64,000 nucleotides of DNA from a virus (taxonomy: Duplodnaviria > Caudoviricetes). Below, one piece after another: positions 46,189 through 56,202 of the stretch. Each line of letters starts with the position of its first letter. Positions within the stretch are counted from its first letter, which is position 1. A program made the position numbers and the translations under genes. The DNA lies in IMG/VR virus record IMGVR_UViG_3300027749_000034. One strand, given 5' to 3'. Under the pieces are notes generated by a model. The model saw only the letters and a list, made by a program, of their open reading frames with translations, was not told the origin of the DNA and made no database searches.

Positions 46189-46433
46189 TGGAAATTACAA
46201 TTTACAGCAAACAACCTTGTCCCTACTGCGACATGGCAAAGAATTGGTTTAAGAGTAAAAATCTTACATACACTGAACACAAGGTTGGTACCAATGGATT
46301 CACTCGCGAAATGCTAATGGAAGCAGTACCTACCGCTAGAACTGTTCCTCAGATTATCATTGATGGTAAGTTAATCGGTGGCTGGGATGACTTGCGTAAC
46401 AGTGAGTTCTATGCCAACGCAAACCAAGGATAA
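46188..46433 (+). CDS. Glutaredoxin
   Basis: CPYC, TVPQI, IGGWDDL. Confidence 0.93.
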   Translation: MEITIYSKQPCPYCDMAKNWFKSKNLTYTEHKVGTNGFTREMLMEAVPTARTVPQIIIDGKLIGGWDDLRNSEFYANANQG

Positions 46434-46692
46434 AGTTTATTCGGCCAAGACTGCCAGCCATGTGTTTATACTAAAAAACATTAGGCGGTGGTTAATTGCT
46501 AATTGCAAGAACAGATGGTCTGCTACAGATTACAAAGGTGATCCATTTAATTGGCGCAAGTTGGCAAAGATTGAGTCAGCCAAGTATTCAAATGAAATGT
46601 TTGACATTACAATCATGGTACATTTTAAGAAGCCCGAAGATCTAATGCTTTATCTTTTAACTTGGCCAAGCGAGGTCTTGCTCATTGACTAA
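46378..46692 (+). CDS. Small Trp-rich family protein (true start uncertain)
   Basis: Ends VHFKKPEDLMLYLLTWP. Confidence 0.55.
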   Translation: MAGMTCVTVSSMPTQTKDKVYSAKTASHVFILKNIRRWLIANCKNRWSATDYKGDPFNWRKLAKIESAKYSNEMFDITIMVHFKKPEDLMLYLLTWPSEVLLID

Positions 46693-46706
46693 CTATCTGT
46701 TATAAT
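46678..46706 (+). promoter_or_regulatory. Sigma70-like promoter upstream of folE
   Basis: TTGCTC, 17 nt, TATAAT with TG extension. Confidence 0.55.
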
Positions 46707-46732
46707 ACAACACAACCTAAAGAAAATTAAAC

Positions 46733-47470
46733 ATGAACGAACCTGTAACATTTAATAACATAGACGACAAGGGCTATGAAGAAGCCAATCTAGCAGATGT
46801 GATTCGATTCAAGATGAAGCGAGATAACAAACGCTTCTGGGCAGGCGATAACATTAGCGAATATGTAACTGACGAACATAAAGAAATCTTAATCAAAGAG
46901 GCCGCAGAAGCATTTGAAACAGTGCTAGACAGTTTGTTAATTGACAGAGAAACAGATCCCAACAGCAAAGGTACTGCTAAACGATTAGCTAAAATGTATT
47001 TTAATGAAGTAATGGCAGGTAGATATGAACCATCCCCAGATGCAACAGCTTTTCCAAATGATAGTGACGACCGCTACGAAGGTATGTTGGTCGTGCGTAG
47101 CGAACTTCGTAGTATGTGTAGTCATCATCACCAACCCGTTTCTGGTGTTGCCTATATTGGCATTATTGCCGCTAATAAACTTATTGGCCTATCAAAGTAT
47201 ACACGGATCGCCCAGTGGTGTGCCCGACGTGGTACTCTCCAGGAGGAACTTTGTAATGATATTGCTCGGGAAATTAGCAAAGCAACAGGCGCAACAGACT
47301 TAGGCGTATACATTCAAGCCACTCACGGATGCTGTGAAAATCGCGGCATCATGGCACACTCCAGTCTTACACAGACTACTGTGCTCAAAGGTGCCTTTAA
47401 GGACGACCAAAGTACAAAGAAAGAATTCTTTGATAACATTAAAATGCAACAAGAATTTGCTCCACGGTGA
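46733..47470 (+). CDS. folE: GTP cyclohydrolase I
   Basis: TAKRLAKMY, SMCSHHHQP, IGLSKYTRI, LQEEL, ATHGCCENRG. Confidence 0.94.
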   Translation: MNEPVTFNNIDDKGYEEANLADVIRFKMKRDNKRFWAGDNISEYVTDEHKEILIKEAAEAFETVLDSLLIDRETDPNSKGTAKRLAKMYFNEVMAGRYEPSPDATAFPNDSDDRYEGMLVVRSELRSMCSHHHQPVSGVAYIGIIAANKLIGLSKYTRIAQWCARRGTLQEELCNDIAREISKATGATDLGVYIQATHGCCENRGIMAHSSLTQTTVLKGAFKDDQSTKKEFFDNIKMQQEFAPR

Positions 47471-47473
47471 ACT

Positions 47474-47995
47474 ATGGACAATGACTCAAAAAACAAATTG
47501 AAAGACGTACTGTCTACTATAGATCCTGTTGAGTTCAAATGGGACGAGACCAATACAACTGTTGGCGGCAAAAATGCACAGGATGTTTCTACCATCACTC
47601 TTTCCGGAGACCTGTATGATATTGGTATGAATACCATGGGCAGTATCGACCTAACCAACATTGGACTCAGTAACGGCATTACAACAATTGGTGGATCAGG
47701 AGCAGGCTTTACTATAGCAGGAAACTTGTCAGCAGGAAATATCAGTTACAATACCAGTGCTTCAATTCTTTCTGCAGACACCACTGAGTATGGTAAGACT
47801 ACAATCAAAACTGCCAAGAACACAATTGACTTAGATGAGCTGGCTGATATGATGGAAACATTGAAGAAGCGGTTGCTGATCATAGCACCTAACTTTGAAA
47901 TGCATGAAAAATATCCCATGCTCAAGGAAATGTACAACGAGTACAAAGCAATGGAAAAACTATTAGGCGGCCCAGAATCGTCGGAAGAAAAATAA
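47474..47995 (+). CDS. Hypothetical protein (Thr/Gly-rich middle, helical C-terminus)
   Basis: ORF track. Confidence 0.6.
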   Translation: MDNDSKNKLKDVLSTIDPVEFKWDETNTTVGGKNAQDVSTITLSGDLYDIGMNTMGSIDLTNIGLSNGITTIGGSGAGFTIAGNLSAGNISYNTSASILSADTTEYGKTTIKTAKNTIDLDELADMMETLKKRLLIIAPNFEMHEKYPMLKEMYNEYKAMEKLLGGPESSEEK

Positions 47996-48513
47996 TGTTA
48001 AAAAAATGTTCATTGTCCTGGGGCGACATAGAGTATCTGGCCCATACCATTGTCCGTGATATCAATGTGAGTGGTTGGCGGCCTGATATTATCATTGGCA
48101 TTGATCGTGGCGGATTAATTCTCAGTAACATGCTCAGTCATTACTTAGAGATTCCACATACCAGTGTCAAAGTGTCGTTGAGAGATTTTGAAGACACCGA
48201 ATCGTTGTTATGGGCACCAGAAGAAGTGTTGGCTGGCAAGAAAATATTACTGGTAGATGACATAAATGATTCGGGTGCAACTCAAGCATGGCTTAAAGAA
48301 GATTGGGCCAGTTCTGTGGCCGGTGTAGAGCCAGATTTCGTCGACAAGCATTGGCATAAATCAGTTCGTTTGGCCGTTTTGGTTGACAATGAGGCTAGCG
48401 ACCAGTATACTGACTATTGTGGTATGATTGTTAACAAAGTTGAAAAAGATGTATGGATCGACTTCCCGTGGGAGTCTTGGTGGACAAGGAGCACATATGA
48501 AAGTGGGATTTAG
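47995..48513 (+). CDS. Type I phosphoribosyltransferase (xanthine-guanine PRT-like)
   Basis: IIGIDRGGL, LLVDDINDSGAT (PRPP loop), WIDFPWE. Confidence 0.88.
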   Translation: MLKKCSLSWGDIEYLAHTIVRDINVSGWRPDIIIGIDRGGLILSNMLSHYLEIPHTSVKVSLRDFEDTESLLWAPEEVLAGKKILLVDDINDSGATQAWLKEDWASSVAGVEPDFVDKHWHKSVRLAVLVDNEASDQYTDYCGMIVNKVEKDVWIDFPWESWWTRSTYESGI

Positions 48514-48910
48514 TCTAGGCCGTTGTATCCGTGACATTGTTACAGATGTTGTTGATATCAACGATGTTGTGGTTATTGTGTCTGGTACACGATTTGAAAC
48601 ACAGGAACAACTGGTTCCTATCATCAATGAATACATGTATCGCTCTGGATATTTAGAAGGATTAGACGAAACAGCCTGCCAAGGTGTGGCCAGTGTGCTG
48701 TTCCGAGAAGGAAAGATACATCAACCTCGTAACTTTGGTACATATAGAAGTATGATGCCAGAAAATGCTGTATGGGCAGACTTGTTTCCTACCGGTGGAC
48801 ATGAAGATCCAATGGTGCAAGAAGCTTGGCAGACATATAGAGGTATGTTGGGGTTAACTGGTAACCGGCCCAACAACAAAGAACGCATCGAATCTAATTG
48901 GAAGATATAA
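48497..48910 (+). CDS. Hypothetical protein
   Basis: AGGAG SD before ATG 48497. Confidence 0.65.
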   Translation: MKVGFSLGRCIRDIVTDVVDINDVVVIVSGTRFETQEQLVPIINEYMYRSGYLEGLDETACQGVASVLFREGKIHQPRNFGTYRSMMPENAVWADLFPTGGHEDPMVQEAWQTYRGMLGLTGNRPNNKERIESNWKI

Positions 48911-48911
48911 A

Positions 48912-49235
48912 ATGACTTATGTAGTAACTGAAAGTTGCGTCAAATGCAAGTATACTGATTGTGTCGATGTATGCCCTGTTGATTGTTTTAAAGAAGGACC
49001 AAACTTTCTTGTCATTGATCCTGACGAATGTATTGACTGTGGTGTTTGTATTCCTGAATGTCCAGTAGATGCTATCGTTGCAGATCGAGATATGACAGAA
49101 GAACAAAAACCTTGGCTACCAATCAACATTGAACTTAGCAAAATTTGGCCAGTGATTAATAAAAGCAAGGCCCCACTTGATACTGCTGAAGAATTTAAAG
49201 ATGTCAAGGATAAAAAGGATTTGTTAGAGAGATGA
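48912..49235 (+). CDS. fdxA: 7Fe ferredoxin (FdxA/Fd I type)
   Basis: [49 protein letters not shown]. Confidence 0.93.
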   Translation: MTYVVTESCVKCKYTDCVDVCPVDCFKEGPNFLVIDPDECIDCGVCIPECPVDAIVADRDMTEEQKPWLPINIELSKIWPVINKSKAPLDTAEEFKDVKDKKDLLER

Positions 49236-49999
49236 ATTTAGAAACATTTGCTTCTCTGATCAGACTGTATGATTGTCCGCGACTCAATGAAAAATACAAA
49301 GGTATTATTTCATTGCCGTTGGCATTGCCAAAATTTGAATTAGACAATGCTGATGAATTTTGGAAGATTTGGGATTCGCAGAACGAAACAGTACATCGAC
49401 AACATATTGACCGTGGCGCGGTTGGAAAAGATCCTGCTAAAGTATCAAAGTTATATACTCAATGGGATGGGTTGGCACTATACGAAGACAAGTCATTGCT
49501 TGATCAAGCGGCATGGCGGACAACAGTATCTAAAGAATTAGCAGATTCTCAACCAACTTATCTTAAATCAATTTTAGGAATATTACCGTTTACAAAAGTT
49601 AGATCCATCCGATTATGGAGCAACCATAAAGTTATTCCAGCACACTATGATGGCAATCTCCCATCAAGTATAGATGGTAAAATGCGATTTCCAACTGAGA
49701 TCCGTTTGATGTTGCATGATGAAAATCCAATTGAAACATTCTACTTGACACTAGCAAATAAATATCCTCCGCACACAGACATTCCACTGCATGATCGATA
49801 CTATGTAAAATTACCAAATGATACTAATACATTTGCATGGAACAATGAAGACTACTTACATGGAGCAGACTTTAATCCAAAGTATAAAAAAATACTTGTT
49901 GTGATCAAAGGATGGGTTCACTTGGGACGATTAGAAAAGTTGCTAGATGCAAGCATAGAAAAATATCCAGATTTTATATTAAGAGAGAAAAATGACTAA
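49232..49999 (+). CDS. Hypothetical protein, 2OG-Fe(II)/cupin-like
   Basis: IPAHYDG (HxD) and distal YLHGA. Confidence 0.45.
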   Translation: MNLETFASLIRLYDCPRLNEKYKGIISLPLALPKFELDNADEFWKIWDSQNETVHRQHIDRGAVGKDPAKVSKLYTQWDGLALYEDKSLLDQAAWRTTVSKELADSQPTYLKSILGILPFTKVRSIRLWSNHKVIPAHYDGNLPSSIDGKMRFPTEIRLMLHDENPIETFYLTLANKYPPHTDIPLHDRYYVKLPNDTNTFAWNNEDYLHGADFNPKYKKILVVIKGWVHLGRLEKLLDASIEKYPDFILREKND

Positions 50000-50786
50000 A
50001 GTTATCATACAGGGCCAAGGTACAGTTGGCCAATCAACTGAAATGTTTTTGAGAACATTTGTTCCTGAGATTGAGATTGAATTCAATGATCCAGGCAAGG
50101 ATGTTGTTGCTGACCCGAGTAGTTGGGCAGTGGCCGACTATGTCATTGTTTGTGTCAATACAGATTTGAATGATTCGGAAATATTGCCCGAGAATGATAC
50201 ATCATGCGTTGATGCGGCAATCAACGAAGCATTACAAAATGAATTCAGAGGGAAAATCATTGTAAGAAGTACCATTGGTGTAGAGTCTGCTGTAAAATTA
50301 GAAAAACAGTTAGGGCAAAATTTAATTATTTGGCCAGAATACATTCGTGAAGCCACTTGGAAAGAAGATAGTGTTAATCCAACAATGGTTGTCATTGGTG
50401 GTGAGGCCACAGAAGAATTTGCAAATGTGATCAGCCTGTATAAGGGAACACTATTAATAACTGATGCGGTTGAAGCAATGATTGCCAAGTTAAGCACAAA
50501 CACATTCTTGGCAATGAAAGTTATCTTTGCCAATCAAGTAAGACAACTGTGCGAGAAAAATGCGGCTTCATATGAGATAGTACAACAGCTACTACAATCA
50601 GAGGGTCGACTTGGATCAAGTCATTGGCAAAGTCCTGGTCCAGATGGGCAAGCCGGATATGGCGGCAAATGCTTTCCTAAAGATGTCAGGACTTTTGAAG
50701 CGGCCCTGGTCAAGTCTGGAATACATGTTGACTTGATCCGTGCTATCAGTGACCTCAATAGAGAAATGCGACCTAATGGCAACTAA
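49992..50786 (+). CDS. Short UDP-glucose dehydrogenase-like protein lacking the C-terminal domain
   Basis: GQGTVG, RSTI, PEYIRE, AKLSTNTFLAMKV, GYGGKCFPKD; only 264 aa. Confidence 0.8.
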   Translation: MTKVIIQGQGTVGQSTEMFLRTFVPEIEIEFNDPGKDVVADPSSWAVADYVIVCVNTDLNDSEILPENDTSCVDAAINEALQNEFRGKIIVRSTIGVESAVKLEKQLGQNLIIWPEYIREATWKEDSVNPTMVVIGGEATEEFANVISLYKGTLLITDAVEAMIAKLSTNTFLAMKVIFANQVRQLCEKNAASYEIVQQLLQSEGRLGSSHWQSPGPDGQAGYGGKCFPKDVRTFEAALVKSGIHVDLIRAISDLNREMRPNGN

Positions 50787-51069
50787 CGATTGGGACTCAA
50801 TTAAAAAAGCATTGCGGTCCATGGGCGATATTGAAAAACATTCGCTTGACACACAGTGGTTAATATGCTACAATGATGGTACTAGGAAACTTGTATTAGA
50901 TCACAATCACGACAACTTAGAAGAGATTTTACAAGCATTTTCAGATTTCTGCAAAGGTGCTGGATTTATCTTTGATGGTTTCGCTATTGTGGACGAAGAT
51001 GGTATTCCAGTTAACGGATTAAACTCTATAGCAAAGCTCGAGGACGATGATGAAGATAAAGCTGGTTAG
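50776..51069 (+). CDS. Hypothetical protein
   Basis: ORF track; contains an internal promoter. Confidence 0.5.
   Translation: MATNDWDSIKKALRSMGDIEKHSLDTQWLICYNDGTRKLVLDHNHDNLEEILQAFSDFCKGAGFIFDGFAIVDEDGIPVNGLNSIAKLEDDDEDKAG
50846..50874 (+). promoter_or_regulatory. Sigma70-like promoter inside a CDS
   Basis: TTGACA, 17 nt, TACAAT with TG extension. Confidence 0.6.
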
Positions 51070-51940
51070 TGATTTACATTTGGAATTTTCAGATGTTAAC
51101 ATTGTTAACAATGACAACTGTGATGTTCTAATCTTAGGTGGCGATATCTGTATCGCCCAGGATCTGCACGACCATCCCGAACCTAACAATACTAGCGAAC
51201 AGGCGGCTATTGCCAATGGCACCGGGCTAGGTCGCAGACAGCAGGCCGCACAGCGTTTTAGAGATTTCTTCAAGCGTTGTAGTTTTCAGTTCCCACATGT
51301 GATTTACATTATGGGCAATCATGAATTTTACAATGGCAAGTTCTATGCAGGTATTGATTACATGCGTGAAGAACTGGCCCGGTATCCTAACATCTATATG
51401 TTAGAAAATGACACTAAAATTATTCAAGACCGTAACAGAGACACAGGTGAAGTCACTGATGTTGTATTTGTTGGTGGTACCTTGTGGACTGATATGAACC
51501 GGCGTGACCCTCTTACTATGCATGCCATTGAAGGTATGATGAACGACTTTCGTATCATTCGTAATGATCAACGAAACTATGCTACTATGAGTGCGTTGGA
51601 TGTTGCAGTACGGCACGACAAGACACTGGGCTATATCAAGCATATTGTAAAAGAACACAATGACAAAAAGGTTGTAGTAGTTGGACATCACACTCCAAGC
51701 TTTCAAAGTTGTCACCCAATGTACAGCCGTGACACATTGATGAACGGTGGCTACCATAGTGAGTTGAGTGAGTTTATATTGGATCATCCACAGATCAAAC
51801 TGTGGACACATGGACATACTCATCATCCTTTTGATTATACAATTGGAGAGACCCGAGTGGTATGTAACCCACGAGGCTATCATCACAATGGTTACAGCGA
51901 AGATACAGGCTGGAATCCTAATTTGGTATTGGAGGTATAA
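51047..51940 (+). CDS. Calcineurin-like metallophosphoesterase
   Basis: SDLH, GGDI, MGNHE, GHH, HGHTH. Confidence 0.9.
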   Translation: MMKIKLVSDLHLEFSDVNIVNNDNCDVLILGGDICIAQDLHDHPEPNNTSEQAAIANGTGLGRRQQAAQRFRDFFKRCSFQFPHVIYIMGNHEFYNGKFYAGIDYMREELARYPNIYMLENDTKIIQDRNRDTGEVTDVVFVGGTLWTDMNRRDPLTMHAIEGMMNDFRIIRNDQRNYATMSALDVAVRHDKTLGYIKHIVKEHNDKKVVVVGHHTPSFQSCHPMYSRDTLMNGGYHSELSEFILDHPQIKLWTHGHTHHPFDYTIGETRVVCNPRGYHHNGYSEDTGWNPNLVLEV

Positions 51941-52155
51941 TGAAGCCAGTTGACCCACCAGAAGCCCTGTGTGTTTGGATTATAGCCAGCCTCAGTTCAA
52001 CTGGCATGATGACAGGACATATTCCTTCTGCACCTGGGGCGGCTATCTTCCCGGGCTATTATGTTAAACTTGAAGATGCACAGCAAGAACAGATGTTATT
52101 AGCATTAAAGGGCACTAAGGCTCATGTGTTCCAACTAGACTTTCCAAGACCATGA
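51940..52155 (+). CDS. Hypothetical protein
   Basis: GGAGG SD; coupled to neighbours. Confidence 0.5.
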   Translation: MKPVDPPEALCVWIIASLSSTGMMTGHIPSAPGAAIFPGYYVKLEDAQQEQMLLALKGTKAHVFQLDFPRP

Positions 52156-52355
52156 AAACAAGAGAACAAATTATTACTAGAATGTGCTACACATGGCGAC
52201 ATGACTATGGACTCCGTAAAGGTGGCGCCGAGGACTACGGCACTAAATTCAGTGCTGGTATGACAGATGAAGAAGCAAGGTCATTATGGAATCAAATGGC
52301 TCAGATCTTTGATAACGATATTGCACCCTACATGGAAATTAAAAATGGACAGTAA
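52152..52355 (+). CDS. Hypothetical protein
   Basis: ATGA coupling. Confidence 0.55.
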   Translation: MKTREQIITRMCYTWRHDYGLRKGGAEDYGTKFSAGMTDEEARSLWNQMAQIFDNDIAPYMEIKNGQ

Positions 52356-52617
52356 ACTTTACGAAATTATGAACATTCTCTCGGAGGAATGTGCCGAAGT
52401 GATTCAGGCTGTTAGCAAATGCAATCGTTTTGGATTGGACAATATGAAGCCAGGCAAGCCGCTAACTAATGCACAGCACTTAGAAGGTGAAATTGGTGAT
52501 TTACTTGCCATGGTAGACCTGTTACAATCGTTGGGTGTAGTAACAGTCGAAGGCATGGAAGCCGCGAAGCAAGCCAAGTTTGAGAAACTAAAGAAATGGT
52601 CCAGCATATATGAATGA
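52345..52617 (+). CDS. MazG-like NTP pyrophosphohydrolase
   Basis: EECAEV...EIGDLL (EXXE...EXXD). Confidence 0.8.
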   Translation: MDSKLYEIMNILSEECAEVIQAVSKCNRFGLDNMKPGKPLTNAQHLEGEIGDLLAMVDLLQSLGVVTVEGMEAAKQAKFEKLKKWSSIYE

Positions 52618-53479
52618 ATTTAAAGTAAGCGAAATATTTTACAGCGCACAAGGCGAAGGTCGCTTTGTTGGCGTACCTAGTGTGTTCTTTAGAACATTTG
52701 GTTGTAACTTTAAGTGTGCGGGCTTTGGCTTGCCCACAGGTGAAAAGACCACTGAGCCAGATGACATTGGTAAAGTGGTACACCTGTACCCAACCTTCAA
52801 TGACTTACCACTGGCCAATACCGGTTGTGACAGTTACGCAAGCTGGCATCCTGCATTCAAACATCTAAGTCCTAACTATAGTGTTGAGCAGGCAGTTGAT
52901 GCTATGTTAGACTTGACACCCAACAATCACTGGGAACAGAACAATGGTAATGATGTACATTTGGTCATCACAGGTGGTGAGCCGTTGTTGGGTTGGCAAC
53001 AATTGTATCCTGCATTGTTAAGCAATAGCCGTATGAGTGACTTGGCCAATTTGACATTTGAAACAAATGGTACTCAGAAATTGCATGATGACTTTCATAC
53101 CTATCTGTTTGAAGAATGGACTAGGTTTGGCCGAGACCGCGACTATCTTACATTCAGTGTTAGCCCCAAGCTGACTTCCAGTGGTGAGAAATGGTCAGAT
53201 GCTATTAAACCTGATGTAGTTGTTGAATATCAAACACTTGGTTACACCTATTTAAAATTTGTAATTGACAACATCATGGACTTTAAAGAAGTAGACCAAG
53301 CAGTCGGTGAATACCGTGCGGCAGGCTTTGGTGGACAAGTTTATGTGATGCCGGTGGGCGGCACAGACAAAGCATACTTTTCTAACACAAGACACATTGC
53401 TGATGAAGCACTGGCCAGAGGCTATCGTTATAGTCCCAGGTTGCATGTTGACATTTGGTCCAATGGTTGGGGCAAGTGA
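52610..53479 (+). CDS. queE: 7-carboxy-7-deazaguanine synthase (radical SAM)
   Basis: EIFYSAQGEG, FFRTFGCNFKC...CDS, VITGGEP, FETNGT, VSPK, VMPVGG, RYSPRLHV. Confidence 0.88.
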   Translation: MNEFKVSEIFYSAQGEGRFVGVPSVFFRTFGCNFKCAGFGLPTGEKTTEPDDIGKVVHLYPTFNDLPLANTGCDSYASWHPAFKHLSPNYSVEQAVDAMLDLTPNNHWEQNNGNDVHLVITGGEPLLGWQQLYPALLSNSRMSDLANLTFETNGTQKLHDDFHTYLFEEWTRFGRDRDYLTFSVSPKLTSSGEKWSDAIKPDVVVEYQTLGYTYLKFVIDNIMDFKEVDQAVGEYRAAGFGGQVYVMPVGGTDKAYFSNTRHIADEALARGYRYSPRLHVDIWSNGWGK

Positions 53480-53716
53480 TTGCCGTTTTATTACAGTCGT
53501 ACACAGATGTCTTCGTTTCACGATAAAGCATTTTGGAAATCAAGATTTCTTTGGAAGCCACGCAGATGTGAACTAACAGGAAAGTTACTGTGGTTAAGAT
53601 ATGCAGTAGAAGGTGTAGTTATATGGGCAGGCACATGGGCAGGCACAAATGAAGCAGTTGTTGAATTTCGTTATCATGACAAAAAGGAACACTTGATATG
53701 GCTACTAACACATTGA
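53480..53716 (+). CDS. Hypothetical Trp-rich protein (start uncertain; ATG 53507 possible)
   Basis: ORF track. Confidence 0.45.
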   Translation: MPFYYSRTQMSSFHDKAFWKSRFLWKPRRCELTGKLLWLRYAVEGVVIWAGTWAGTNEAVVEFRYHDKKEHLIWLLTH

Positions 53717-54045
53717 AAGCGCAAGTACCAGCAGAAGGTATATTGAAGAAAAACGATTGGGGCGATGCCATGACCTATCAAGTGGTATGCGAATGTGGTG
53801 ATGATAATCACGATCATAATGTGTGGATCGAAGCTGATGATACCGGCGTTACTGTAACAACATACACACAACAAAAAAGCAAGTGGTGGGCATTGAATCG
53901 TTGGCAAAAGATATGGACTTTACTGACTCGAGGATACATTGAATATGAGGCCAGTATTATCATGCGAGAACAACAGGCTCTTAATTATGCAGAAACTTTG
54001 AAGACTGCAATCAAAGATGTAAAGAATTTTAAGAATAGTAAATGA
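53698..54045 (+). CDS. Hypothetical protein
   Basis: AAGGA SD; CEC...H possible Zn site. Confidence 0.6.
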   Translation: MATNTLKAQVPAEGILKKNDWGDAMTYQVVCECGDDNHDHNVWIEADDTGVTVTTYTQQKSKWWALNRWQKIWTLLTRGYIEYEASIIMREQQALNYAETLKTAIKDVKNFKNSK

Positions 54046-54329
54046 GTAATTTGATTGACATTTTAAGGATATATAACACTATGGCAACTTGGAAACATCT
54101 TTGTTTTTCTAACAATGTTATCAGTATCCTCCCATTGGCTGATGCTTGTAAACTCTGTGGTGTATCTAATGCTTTACAAAGTGTTAGATACGCCGGTTAT
54201 GATCCAAGGTCCTTGATTCAGCCTAAGAATGTTGATTCTAAGTTAGGCCAGTTAGCCGCATTATTTAAACCAAAGAAGAAGATTTCAATTGATGAGCACC
54301 AACATGACTACCTCGACAGGGCCGGATGA
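54042..54329 (+). CDS. Hypothetical protein
   Basis: ORF track. Confidence 0.45.
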   Translation: MSNLIDILRIYNTMATWKHLCFSNNVISILPLADACKLCGVSNALQSVRYAGYDPRSLIQPKNVDSKLGQLAALFKPKKKISIDEHQHDYLDRAG

Positions 54330-54501
54330 GCATGCAAACAACACAAACCCATGCGTAGGTATTTGTGCAACAGATGGTGATGGCATGTGTATTGGTTGTT
54401 TCAGAACCGACGAAGAACGACTTGGCTGGTACAGCGAAACAGTTGAATGGAGAGAACAAGTTTTGATTAAATTAAAAGAGCGAGAAGAAAAATATGTTTA
54501 A
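54289..54501 (+). CDS. DUF1289-like Cys-rich small protein
   Basis: NPCVGIC......CIGCFRT.EE...W. Confidence 0.75.
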   Translation: MMSTNMTTSTGPDEHANNTNPCVGICATDGDGMCIGCFRTDEERLGWYSETVEWREQVLIKLKEREEKYV

Positions 54502-54817
54502 CTGGTTAAAAAACAAATTTAAAAGCAAAGAAACAGCAAAGTCAATGCGTGACAGTGCTGAGCCATGGGTTAATGTTATCAAAGCACATGTAGATCCAAA
54601 TAATCCAAAGTCAGGTTACTTTGAATTGGAATGGAATCCTGCCTTTGTTATATTCCTTAGAAAGAATGGGTATACTGGTATGGCGCCCGAAGAAATCGTA
54701 GATGCTTGGTTCACGGACCTATGTCGTAATGTGGGCCAAGATGGACAAGCCACTACTGATTTTATAGCAGATAGCGGCCGTGTTGCTACAAACGAAAAAA
54801 CAAAAAATCAATCTTGA
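54494..54817 (+). CDS. Hypothetical protein
   Basis: EPWVNV...GYFELEWN...WF..LCRN. Confidence 0.65.
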   Translation: MFNWLKNKFKSKETAKSMRDSAEPWVNVIKAHVDPNNPKSGYFELEWNPAFVIFLRKNGYTGMAPEEIVDAWFTDLCRNVGQDGQATTDFIADSGRVATNEKTKNQS

Positions 54818-54842
54818 CTTTGAGGGTAGCATCTGCTACAAT
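54814..54842 (+). promoter_or_regulatory. Sigma70-like promoter, probably leaderless for RNase H
   Basis: TTGACT, 17 nt, TACAAT; ATG 6 nt downstream; palindrome GTAGCA-TC-TGCTAC. Confidence 0.65.
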
Positions 54843-54848
54843 AACTAC

Positions 54849-55832
54849 ATGAGCTATTTAATTGTTGATGCCGCTAATCTTTTCTTCCGTGCCCGTCATG
54901 TGATCCGTACTGGTGATCCTGAGGAACGGGTTGCTATGAGTTATCATATTATTCTTTCTGCTGTTCTTAAACAATGGAAAGAGCGCAAGGGTCGGCATGT
55001 GGTGTTCTGCTTTGAAGGTCGAAGCTGGCGCAAGGATGTTTATAAACCTTATAAGGCTCAGCGTTCAGATGCCCGTGCTAAACACACAGTCAAAGAAGCT
55101 GAGGAAGAAAAGCTGTTCTGGGAAAGCTTTGATAAGTTTTATGAATACATTAGCACTCGTACCAATGTAACAGTATTGCGTAATCCTGTATGCGAAGCTG
55201 ATGATTTTATTGCTCGCTGGATACAACTGCATCCCAGTGACAACCATACTATTGTTTCAAGCGATGGCGACTTTGAACAATTGGTAGCTCCCAATGTTCA
55301 GTTATACAATGGCATTGCTGGAGTGCTGACCACGCACGAAGGTTACTTTGATGACAAGGGTAAAACCATTGTTGATAAAAAGACAAAGGAAGTAAAGCCT
55401 GCTCCTGATCCAGAATGGTTGCTGTTTGAGAAATGTATGCGTGGCGATACCAGCGACAACATCTTCAGTGCGTTTCCTGGAGTGCGTACCAAAGGTAGTA
55501 AAAACAAAGTGGGCCTACTGGAAGCCTTTGCTGATCGTCATAACAAAGGCTTCATGTGGAACAATCTCATGCTTCAGCGTTGGACCGACCATGAAGAAAT
55601 CGAACATGTGGTTAGAGATGATTACGAACGCAACCGAGCCATTATTGACCTAACAGCACAACCCGACAACATCAAGGCAATATTGGATCAAGGCATTGCC
55701 GAAGCTGTGCAACGAGAAAAATATCCTAGCGTGGGGCCGCATTTTATGAAGTTCTGTGGTAAGTATGGTTTACAGAAGGCTTCGGATAATGCTCAACAAC
55801 ACACTGACTGGCTGGCGGCCGGTTATAACTAA
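54849..55832 (+). CDS. rnh: T4 RNase H-like 5'-3' exonuclease (FEN family)
   Basis: LIVDAAN, SWRK..Y..YKAQR, CEADD, SSDGDF.QL, GDTSDNI. Confidence 0.9.
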   Translation: MSYLIVDAANLFFRARHVIRTGDPEERVAMSYHIILSAVLKQWKERKGRHVVFCFEGRSWRKDVYKPYKAQRSDARAKHTVKEAEEEKLFWESFDKFYEYISTRTNVTVLRNPVCEADDFIARWIQLHPSDNHTIVSSDGDFEQLVAPNVQLYNGIAGVLTTHEGYFDDKGKTIVDKKTKEVKPAPDPEWLLFEKCMRGDTSDNIFSAFPGVRTKGSKNKVGLLEAFADRHNKGFMWNNLMLQRWTDHEEIEHVVRDDYERNRAIIDLTAQPDNIKAILDQGIAEAVQREKYPSVGPHFMKFCGKYGLQKASDNAQQHTDWLAAGYN

Positions 55833-56154
55833 ATTTGCCGTAATTGCACTGGTACTATATCTAGTATTAAAGTGCTTGCCAGTGTTGGCCGCGGTATTTC
55901 AAACCAATGTTCCATGGACTTGTGCCACCAGTGAAGAAGTAATAGGCAGTTTGGCCAGCGTAGGCGAAGAATTGGTCATTACCGGTGAAGTTGACTCGAT
56001 AGAGTTGTTGATGACTATATGGGCCAGCAGAACTACCGGAAATTGGACCATAGTAGCATCAGGAATGACAGCAGACGAAAGCAAAACCAGCTTGAGTTGT
56101 GTGGTACTAACTGGTAAAAATCTAAAATCGTTTAAAGCCAAAACATTCATTTAA
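55756..56154 (+). CDS. Hypothetical exported protein (start uncertain)
   Basis: Hydrophobic signal-like stretch followed by a two-Cys domain. Confidence 0.45.
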   Translation: MVSMVYRRLRIMLNNTLTGWRPVITKFAVIALVLYLVLKCLPVLAAVFQTNVPWTCATSEEVIGSLASVGEELVITGEVDSIELLMTIWASRTTGNWTIVASGMTADESKTSLSCVVLTGKNLKSFKAKTFI

Positions 56155-56191
56155 GTAGTAGTTTATCCAGTCATTAAATATGCTGTTTTGA

Positions 56192-56197
56192 TAAATA
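56192..56197 (+). promoter_or_regulatory. Late promoter TAAATA, 5 nt before ATG 56203
   Basis: A second box lies at 56175; no SD. Confidence 0.6.
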
Positions 56198-56202
56198 ACT
56201 GC

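Noticed and set aside
51401-51958. 185-aa minus-strand ORF
   Set aside because: Shadow of the metallophosphoesterase gene; no independent signals.
54051-54083. Promoter before an internal ATG at 54081
   Set aside because: TTGACA and TATAAC are only 11 nt apart; no convincing 16-18 nt spacing.
54780-54848. Upstream start for RNase H given by the ORF track
   Set aside because: This stretch contains the promoter and overlaps the previous gene; homology-type motifs begin at MSYLIVD (54849).
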